From: a bacterium
Lineage (GTDB): Bacteria > Arandabacterota > Arandabacteria > Arandabacterales > JALGWA01
Assembly: GCA_050125095.1 (NCBI GenBank)
Contig: JASFEA010000073.1
Coordinates: forward strand, 1 to 16,198
Length of the DNA: 16,198 nucleotides
Direction: 5' to 3'
Below, piece after piece: positions 7,949 through 14,422 of the stretch. Positions within the stretch are counted from its first letter, which is position 1. Each line of letters begins with the position of its first letter. Both the position numbers and the translations under genes were made by a program. The notes beneath the pieces are model-generated. The model worked only from the letters and a program-made list of their open reading frames with translations, ran no database searches and was not told where the DNA came from.

Positions 7949-8808
7949 TCAGGCTTACTGTCGTGCTCGCGGTCATCACATGCTGCGCCGCGCTGGCCCT
8001 TGGCTTCGTATACAAGGGGACCCAGCCCATGATAGAAGAGCAGGCGAAGCTGGCTGAGGAAGAGGCGCGTCGTCTGGCGCTTCCCCAGGCGATGTGCGGG
8101 GTAATGGTGAGTAAGGAAAGCAAGGGAGTCGAGTACTACGAGGGATACCGTTTCCCGGATACGACCGGCCTTGTGGGCTACACGGTCAAAGCGAGCGCGA
8201 AAGGATACAGCAGCACTATTGAGGCCGTCGTGGGGGTGAATCCCGCCGGCGAGATAACCGGGATGAAAATCATCTCGCAGCAGGAGACCCCGGGCCTCGG
8301 CACCAAGATCGAGGAAGTGAAGTCCTTCAAGAGCGTGGCCGACGCCTTCAGGGAGATGACTGGGACGGCTGAGCTACACACCGTGAGTACCGCTTTCACA
8401 CTCGAAGACGGGGAGGAAGTGTGCCTGGAGGTCGGCATCAAGGACGCTGAGCGGACCTGCGAGCTCGAGGAGGCGGTTGCCGCGGAAGATACCGCGGGCA
8501 TAGTGACCCTGGCACCCGGAGTCTTCAAAATCGAGCCCGGCGATTCGGCCCGGGTTTTCGGCGACCCGGCGACGGCCACCGCCCTCAGCGTGGCCGTGCT
8601 GGAAGAGCTGAGGAGAGAGAGCACTCCCTGGTTCCAGTTCCAGTTCATAGGCAAGCAATACGACGACATCGTTCTGGTCAGGGGCCAGACCGATGAGAAT
8701 ATACAGGGCATAACGGGCGCGACCATTTCGTCAAGAGCTGTTGTCGAAGCGGTCAGGAACGCTATAGAGGACCTTGACAAGGCCGTCGGTGGATTCAAGG
8801 GGAACTGA
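7945..8808 (+). CDS. rnfG: Rnf subunit G with a ~100-aa internal insertion
   Basis: N-terminal transmembrane anchor, KGYSSTI, QETPGLG, WFQFQFIGK and FMN-attachment motif ITGATISS. At 287 aa it is longer than the usual ~200. Confidence 0.92.
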   Translation: MIRLTVVLAVITCCAALALGFVYKGTQPMIEEQAKLAEEEARRLALPQAMCGVMVSKESKGVEYYEGYRFPDTTGLVGYTVKASAKGYSSTIEAVVGVNPAGEITGMKIISQQETPGLGTKIEEVKSFKSVADAFREMTGTAELHTVSTAFTLEDGEEVCLEVGIKDAERTCELEEAVAAEDTAGIVTLAPGVFKIEPGDSARVFGDPATATALSVAVLEELRRESTPWFQFQFIGKQYDDIVLVRGQTDENIQGITGATISSRAVVEAVRNAIEDLDKAVGGFKGN

Positions 8809-8810
8809 CA

Positions 8811-9407
8811 TTGGCGATCTGGGATGAGTTCAGCAAGGGAATAGTAAAGGAGAACCCAGTCTTCAGGCTGGTGCTGGGCCTCTGCCCGGTCCTCGCCGTC
8901 ACTACGTCCTTAAAGAACGGCCTCGGCATGGGCATGGCGGCCACCTTCGTCCTCGTCGGCAGCAATCTGATAGTCTCTATCATAAGGAAAGGGATACCGG
9001 CGAGGATCAGAATCCCGTGCTATATCACGGTCATCGCGAGTTTCGTGACCGTGGTCGACCTGGTCATGGCGGGCTATCTGCCGGAGCTCCATAAGAACCT
9101 CGGCTTATTCATTCCGCTCATAGTGGTGAACTGCATCATTCTGGGAAGGGCCGAGGCCTTCGCAGGCAAAAACAACCCTCTGAGGTCCTTGCTTGACGGC
9201 CTCGGCATGGGCGCGGGATTCACCTTCGCGCTCGTCATCACCTCCTCAATCAGGGAGATAATCGGTACAGGCAAGATATGGGGGCTCGTGCTTCTGGGCA
9301 CCAGGTACAATCCGGTTCTCTTCGCGGTGCTCTCGCCGGGCGCCTTCGTGACGCTGGGCCTATTGATAGCGCTCTTCAATAAGCTCGAAGCAAGGGGAGA
9401 GGGATAG
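8811..9407 (+). CDS. rnfE: Rnf subunit E
   Basis: ENPVFRLVLGLCPVLAVT, LGLFIPLIVVNCIILGRAEAFA and PGAF motifs. TTG start. Confidence 0.96.
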   Translation: MAIWDEFSKGIVKENPVFRLVLGLCPVLAVTTSLKNGLGMGMAATFVLVGSNLIVSIIRKGIPARIRIPCYITVIASFVTVVDLVMAGYLPELHKNLGLFIPLIVVNCIILGRAEAFAGKNNPLRSLLDGLGMGAGFTFALVITSSIREIIGTGKIWGLVLLGTRYNPVLFAVLSPGAFVTLGLLIALFNKLEARGEG

Positions 9408-9409
9408 AC

Positions 9410-9997
9410 ATGGACATTGCGAGACTCCTGGCGATAGCCATCGGCGCGATTCTCGTCAACAACTTCGTGCTGCACCGCTTCCTCGGGCTCTGCCCTTTCC
9501 TCGGGGTATCGAAGCAGCTCGACGCGGCAATCGGGATGGGATTCGCCGTGATCTTCGTGATGACCATGGCTTCGGTTGTCACGTTCGGCATATACCACTT
9601 CATACTCGCTCCTTTCGGGATAGAGTACCTGAGGACCATCGCCTTCATTCTGGTGATCGCGACGCTGGTTCAATTCGTTGAGATGCTGATTGAGAAAACG
9701 TCTCCATCTTTGTATAGTGCGTTGGGGATATATCTTCCCCTTATTACGACCAACTGCGCCGTTCTCGGCGTGGCGGTCCTCAACATCGATAAGTCATATA
9801 CATTCGTCGAAACGCTCATTCACGGTTTCTCGGCGGGTATCGGTTTCACCGTGGCGCTTCTGCTCATGGCCGGTATCCGCGAGAGGGTGGAGCTCGCGGA
9901 TGTCCCCGAGTCGCTGAAGGGCGTGCCGGTGGCTTTCATAGTTGCCGGGCTCATGTCCATAGCGTTTCTGGGCTTCTCGGGGCTTGTGGTCGAGTAA
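9410..9997 (+). CDS. rnfA: Rnf subunit A
   Basis: NNFVLHRFLGLCPFLGVS, LVQFVEM, LGIYLPLITTNCAVLG and AGIRER motifs. Confidence 0.96.
   Translation: MDIARLLAIAIGAILVNNFVLHRFLGLCPFLGVSKQLDAAIGMGFAVIFVMTMASVVTFGIYHFILAPFGIEYLRTIAFILVIATLVQFVEMLIEKTSPSLYSALGIYLPLITTNCAVLGVAVLNIDKSYTFVETLIHGFSAGIGFTVALLLMAGIRERVELADVPESLKGVPVAFIVAGLMSIAFLGFSGLVVE
9690..9718 (+). promoter_or_regulatory. Candidate internal sigma70 promoter within rnfA
   Basis: TTGAGA (9690-9695), 17-nt spacer, TATAGT (9713-9718). Both hexamers are 5/6 consensus and sit in a locally AT-rich patch of codons. Confidence 0.45.
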
Positions 9998-10043
9998 GTG
10001 AATATAGGGAGTTTTTGGTCGGCTTATAAGGAGGTGGCCTGAG

Positions 10044-10910
10044 ATGAAGAATCTTTTGGTTATTCTGGCGCTTGGAGCGTTGCTGTCGATGAACTGTGGA
10101 GGCGGAGCCGCCAGCCGGGTTTCGCCGACCGAAGTCATGCTTGAGTATAAGTCTCTGGACAACGCCGATATGCTATACAAGGCGAACACCAATATAGACA
10201 CCAATGTCGGCGGCCAGACGAGGACCTGGATGAGCGAGACCAGGGCCTCGGTGGCGGTCGTTGCCATGCCCGATGACGGGTCTATCGTGAGGAGCCTGAC
10301 CTATACAGACTACACCATGGGCGAGATCTCGGGAACGGGATCTCTAGTGCCCAATCCCGGGGCCGACGACTATATCGGTGAGAGCGTCCAGTTCACGATA
10401 GACAAGGACGGCAAGCTTGCGGACTGGCGCGGGCTCGACGGCATCAGCGGCATGACGGTGGAGGGGAATTCCTACACCGACTTCATCATGCAGCAGCTCA
10501 CCGAGATATATCAGCCCCTGCCCGACTACCCCGTGACAGTCGGTGGCAAGTGGCAGCGGAACGTCGAGACCATGATACCCGTGGGCGGAGGCGACCTCCT
10601 CAACAAGATCGACATCGACTACGAGCTGGTGGGCTTCGGCAGGAAGGGTGGAAGGGACTGCGCCCGGATAAAGATCAAGTACGTCATAATGGGGTCCGCG
10701 CAGGGAAGAAGACGCGGGAGATTCTGGGTCACCGCCGCGGGCGAGGGCAGCGGCGAGATGTGGTTTGATTATAACGCCGGCGTGCTGGTCGAGTTCGAGA
10801 AGAAGGTCACCATCACGCGCGATCTGCGCTACGAGAGAGCCGGCGAGGAGGACGTGGCGTCCCAGACGACCAGCATCGCGCGCGAGTTCAAGGTAAAGCT
10901 GGAGTCCTAG
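10044..10910 (+). CDS. Uncharacterised exported beta-rich protein, probable lipoprotein (resembles DUF6263-type proteins)
   Basis: Strong AGGAGG RBS. Signal MKNLLVILALGALLSMNC ends in Cys with a non-canonical lipobox. LPDYPVTVGGKW and GSGEMWFDYNAGVL recall DUF6263-like proteins (from memory, unverified). Confidence 0.75.
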   Translation: MKNLLVILALGALLSMNCGGGAASRVSPTEVMLEYKSLDNADMLYKANTNIDTNVGGQTRTWMSETRASVAVVAMPDDGSIVRSLTYTDYTMGEISGTGSLVPNPGADDYIGESVQFTIDKDGKLADWRGLDGISGMTVEGNSYTDFIMQQLTEIYQPLPDYPVTVGGKWQRNVETMIPVGGGDLLNKIDIDYELVGFGRKGGRDCARIKIKYVIMGSAQGRRRGRFWVTAAGEGSGEMWFDYNAGVLVEFEKKVTITRDLRYERAGEEDVASQTTSIAREFKVKLES

Positions 10911-10935
10911 CGGGCCCGTTACAGGAGACCTGGGT

Positions 10936-11934
10936 TTGACCGATGTAGTGCTCTATTCGGTAATCAGCCTTACCGTTCTGGGAGCGGTATTCGGCCTCGG
11001 CCTGGCGATAGCCGCCAGGAAGCTGGCCGTTGAGAAGGATGAGCGCATAGGCCTTATAGAAGAGGTGCTTCCCGGCGCCAACTGCGGCGGTTGCGGTTAC
11101 CCCGGCTGCGCCGGCTTCGCCGCCGCCCTGGTCGCGGGCAAAGCCGACCCCACCGACTGCGCCCCCGGGGGCCCCGAGATCGCCGGGCGCGTCGCGGACA
11201 TACTCGGTCTTGAAGCCGCCCGGAAGACCCCGACGGTGGCGTTCGTGGGATGCCGTGGAGGGGAGCGCGTCGCCCCCGCGATAGACTACAAAGGCATAAG
11301 AACCTGCACGGCCGCAGCGCTCATGTCGGAAAACCTCAGGGTGTGCCCGTACGGCTGCATAGGGCTCGGAACCTGCGTCGAGGCCTGTCCCTTCGATGCA
11401 CTCCACATGGTCGAAGGTTACGCCGAGGTGGACGACGCCGCCTGCACCGGCTGCGGCAAGTGCATAGAGGCCTGCCCGAAGAACCTCATATACATGGTTC
11501 CCAAGCCCAAGAAGGTTCGGGTCGCCTGTTCTTCTCATGACAAGGGCAAGGCCGTGAAGACGGTTTGTCCCGTAGGCTGCATCGGCTGCGGCATATGCGC
11601 CAAGAACTGCCCCGCCAAGTGCATAGAGATCGCGGATAACCTGGCGGTCATCGACCATGAGAAATGCATCAACTGCGGCATATGCGCCGCCAAGTGTCCT
11701 ACTAAGAGCATAGTCGACAAGGTCACAGCCAGGCCCAGGGCCTTTATTGACACCAAGTGCACCGGCTGCGGGAGCTGTGTGAAGGTGTGCCCGGTGAAGG
11801 CGATCGAAGGTGAAGAGGGGCAGAAGCACTCCGTCATCACCGAGAAGTGCATCGGGTGCGGCCTGTGCAAGGACGCCTGCGAGGTCGGTGCCATAACCAT
11901 AGCGGGCGCGCTCGGGCATCTGCCCGAAGAGTAG
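10936..11934 (+). CDS. rnfB: Rnf subunit B, long polyferredoxin form
   Basis: N-terminal transmembrane helix, LPGANCGGCGYPGC, then a CIGLGTCVEACP motif and five CxxCxxCxxxC motifs. TTG start follows AGGAG. Confidence 0.95.
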   Translation: MTDVVLYSVISLTVLGAVFGLGLAIAARKLAVEKDERIGLIEEVLPGANCGGCGYPGCAGFAAALVAGKADPTDCAPGGPEIAGRVADILGLEAARKTPTVAFVGCRGGERVAPAIDYKGIRTCTAAALMSENLRVCPYGCIGLGTCVEACPFDALHMVEGYAEVDDAACTGCGKCIEACPKNLIYMVPKPKKVRVACSSHDKGKAVKTVCPVGCIGCGICAKNCPAKCIEIADNLAVIDHEKCINCGICAAKCPTKSIVDKVTARPRAFIDTKCTGCGSCVKVCPVKAIEGEEGQKHSVITEKCIGCGLCKDACEVGAITIAGALGHLPEE

Positions 11935-11954
11935 CCCCCACTTCCTCGAATCCT

Positions 11955-12716
11955 ATGGGCGCTGACAGAGAAAAGCACATGTCCTTCCTCGAGCATCTCG
12001 AAGAGCTCCGCTGGACTGTCATATGGGTGGTTGTCGCCACGGTCGCCGGCATGGGGGTGGTCTGGCATTTCTCCGACTATGTCATAAATCTCCTCAGCAC
12101 CGACCTGGAAGAGGTGGTCAGGGCGGCCATAGGCGAGGGGGGCGATTACAGGCTCCACGTCTTCGAGGTCTCCGAGGCTTTCATCACCAAGATCAAGATA
12201 TCGCTGCTGCTCGGCTTCCTGCTGGCGCTCCCATTCAACGTGTTCAAGATCTGGCAGTTCCTGTCACCGGGGCTTCTCAAGGGCGAGAGGAAACTCCTCT
12301 CGCCGCTCATCGTCCTCTCGACGGTGCTCTTCTATGCGGGTGTCGCCTTCGCCTACCTCGTGATGGTGAAACTGAGCGTCGCTTTTCTCTTCAAGCTCAA
12401 GCCCGCTACGGTGGACACCACCGTGAGGATGGGAAGCTACGTCACCTTCGTAAACAAGTTCTGCCTGACCTTCGGGCTGGTCTTCCAGGTGCCGCTGGTG
12501 CTGGCGCTTCTATCGATGATCGGAGTGGTGACGCCCAGGCAGATCCGGTCGACCTGGAGATATGCCATAGTCGTTATAGTCATAGCTTCGGCGTTCCTCA
12601 CGCCGCCCGACGTCGTGTCCCAGATCATCATGGCCGTGCCGGTTCTCTTCCTTTACTGGCTGGGCTACTTCCTGGCGGTGCTGTTCCACCGCCGCCGCGT
12701 GGGGGTCAGGTCTTAG
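11955..12716 (+). CDS. tatC: Twin-arginine translocase subunit TatC
   Basis: MSFLEHLEELR, WQFLSPGL..GERK, FGLVFQVP, WRYAIV and FLTPPDVVSQ motifs. Start is ATG 11955 or 11979, not the ORF-finder start at 11847. Confidence 0.94.
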   Translation: MGADREKHMSFLEHLEELRWTVIWVVVATVAGMGVVWHFSDYVINLLSTDLEEVVRAAIGEGGDYRLHVFEVSEAFITKIKISLLLGFLLALPFNVFKIWQFLSPGLLKGERKLLSPLIVLSTVLFYAGVAFAYLVMVKLSVAFLFKLKPATVDTTVRMGSYVTFVNKFCLTFGLVFQVPLVLALLSMIGVVTPRQIRSTWRYAIVVIVIASAFLTPPDVVSQIIMAVPVLFLYWLGYFLAVLFHRRRVGVRS

Positions 12717-12783
12717 AATGCACAAAAGCAAGGGGTCAGGTCTTATATTGCACAAAAGCAAGGGGTCAGGTCTTATATTGCAC
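12702..12783. repeat. 30-bp tandem repeat, ~2.7 copies of GGGGTCAGGTCTTATATTGCACAAAAGCAA
   Basis: Units at 12702-12731 (2 mismatches), 12732-12761 and 12762-12783 (partial). A degenerate GGTCTAATATTG occurs at 12815-12826. Confidence 0.95.
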
Positions 12784-12919
12784 GCCTTGCAGGGAACCAT
12801 GCGGGACGCTATTCGGTCTAATATTGAGGGGCGGGTATGCCGGCCCGGGGCCGGATTCTCATCCCGTATTTCGAGCGGATTCACAGGGCCCGGGGTCGGC
12901 TCCGAACCTGCCCTGTTGC

Positions 12920-12951
12920 CCCGGCCTATCGTATGCCGGGATTTTTGTCTT
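12920..12951 (+). terminator. Possible intrinsic terminator or attenuator hairpin before hdrC
   Basis: CCCGGC (12920-12925) pairs with GCCGGG (12935-12940) and is followed by ATTTTTGTCTT. Confidence 0.35.
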
Positions 12952-12968
12952 ATATGACAGGATGACGT

Positions 12969-13541
12969 ATGAGCGATTACGGCGACGCGGCGAATCAGAA
13001 GACGGGTGATCCCGATTTCCTCGATGAGATAGAGGCGCATAGCGGCACGAGCGTTCGGACGTGCTACCAATGCGGCAAGTGTTCGGCTGGATGCCCCGTG
13101 GCTTACGCCATGGACCTGCTTCCCAGCCAGGTCATGCGGCTCTGCCAGCTCGGCCTCAAGGAGGAAGTGCTGTCGTCATCGACCTTCTGGATTTGCGCTT
13201 CCTGCGAGGCATGCGCGACGCGCTGCCCCCGCGAAATCGAGATCGTCGGCGTGATGGACGCTCTTCGGCATCTCGCGTGCAGAGAAGGCTATGTCGACAG
13301 GCCGAGGGAAGTGCCGATATTCGTGAACACCTTTATCAAGAATCTGGGGTGGTTCGGCAGGCTCTACGAAGCCGCGCTCGTGGGCGTCTACAACCTTAAG
13401 AGCGGGCATCTGACCAAGGACCTCGACAAGGCGCCGGAGATGATTTTCAAGGGCAGGATAAGACTCTGGCCTCCCAAGGTCAGAGGCAGGGGTGAGGTCA
13501 GGAAGGTAATCAGGAGAGTAAGGGAGATAGAGAGAGAGTGA
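12969..13541 (+). CDS. hdrC: Heterodisulfide reductase subunit C
   Basis: CYQCGKCSAGCP and WICASCEACATRCP [4Fe-4S] motifs and GRLYE, directly upstream of hdrB. Confidence 0.93.
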   Translation: MSDYGDAANQKTGDPDFLDEIEAHSGTSVRTCYQCGKCSAGCPVAYAMDLLPSQVMRLCQLGLKEEVLSSSTFWICASCEACATRCPREIEIVGVMDALRHLACREGYVDRPREVPIFVNTFIKNLGWFGRLYEAALVGVYNLKSGHLTKDLDKAPEMIFKGRIRLWPPKVRGRGEVRKVIRRVREIERE

Positions 13542-14413
13542 GATTCGCGTTCTATCCCGGCTGCGCACTGGATTCCTCCGCGAAGGAATACCGGGAGTCC
13601 ACCGAAGTCGTCGCCGGGGATCTGGGTATCGATCTTAAGGAGATCCCCGAGTGGATTTGTTGCGGCTCGACTCCGGCACATATGGCGAGCAGACTCCTCA
13701 GCATCACCCTGCCGGCATACAATCTCGTGCGCGCGCGGGCAATGGACGTTGAGGGAGTCGTTGTTCCATGCGCGTCGTGCTACAGCAGACTCAAGACGGC
13801 CAATTACAGGATAGCGCGGGACCCGGACCTCAAGGAGAAGGTCAAACGCGCCCTGGGTGAGCCGTATGAAGGCGACGTGCCGGTCTACCATGTCCTGGAA
13901 GTGCTCGACCGCGTGATATGTGAGGGGGGCCTGGAGGGCAAGATCAGGGTCCCTCTCGAGGGCCTCAGGGTCGCGTCCTACTACGGTTGCCTGCTCGTCA
14001 GGCCGCCCGATATAACCGGGTTCGACGACGCGGAAGACCCGCAGCTGCTTGACCGCGTTGCCGGAGCCCTGGGCGCGCAGCCGGTGGAGTGGCGCCACAA
14101 GGTCGAATGCTGCGGCGCGGCGCTGGCCTTCACGCAGGACGACATTGTGCTGAAACTCTCCGGCGAGATCCTTGAGGATGCCCAGTACGCCGGCGCGCAT
14201 GTGGTCTCCGTCGGCTGTCCCCTGTGCCATTCCAATCTGGATCTCAGGCAGAGAAACATCGAAAAGTACACGGGACTCAATCTCGGAATGCCCGTGCTCT
14301 ACGTAACCCAGCTCGTCGGGCTGGCGCTGGGGCACACCCCCGCCGAACTCGGGCTCAAGAAGCACTCAATCAACCCGCTCCCGGTTCTCAAAAGAGCCGG
14401 GGTGAAGGTCTGA
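13538..14413 (+). CDS. hdrB: Heterodisulfide reductase subunit B
   Basis: Two CCG domains: FYPGC...WICCG...PCASC and YYGC...ECCG...GCPLC. GTGA overlap with hdrC. Confidence 0.95.
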   Translation: MRFAFYPGCALDSSAKEYRESTEVVAGDLGIDLKEIPEWICCGSTPAHMASRLLSITLPAYNLVRARAMDVEGVVVPCASCYSRLKTANYRIARDPDLKEKVKRALGEPYEGDVPVYHVLEVLDRVICEGGLEGKIRVPLEGLRVASYYGCLLVRPPDITGFDDAEDPQLLDRVAGALGAQPVEWRHKVECCGAALAFTQDDIVLKLSGEILEDAQYAGAHVVSVGCPLCHSNLDLRQRNIEKYTGLNLGMPVLYVTQLVGLALGHTPAELGLKKHSINPLPVLKRAGVKV

Positions 14414-14422
14414 GGTGAATAG

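Noticed and set aside
10911-10918. CGGGCCCG palindrome after the lipoprotein gene as a terminator
   Set aside because: There is no room for a loop and no U-tract; such a palindrome is expected by chance at this GC content.
10936-11934. Unusually long, cluster-rich RnfB as a novelty
   Set aside because: Polyferredoxin-type RnfB of about this size is already known from acetogens such as Acetobacterium woodii.
12702-12783. CRISPR array
   Set aside because: The units are head-to-tail with no unique spacers, there are fewer than three copies, and no cas genes are present.
12718-12957. 79-aa ORF with repeated HKSKGSGLIL, and the overlapping ORFs 12023-13009 (+) and 12510-13070 (-)
   Set aside because: The peptide repeats simply translate the 30-bp DNA repeat. 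There is no RBS or recognisable domain, and the longer ORFs overlap tatC and hdrC.
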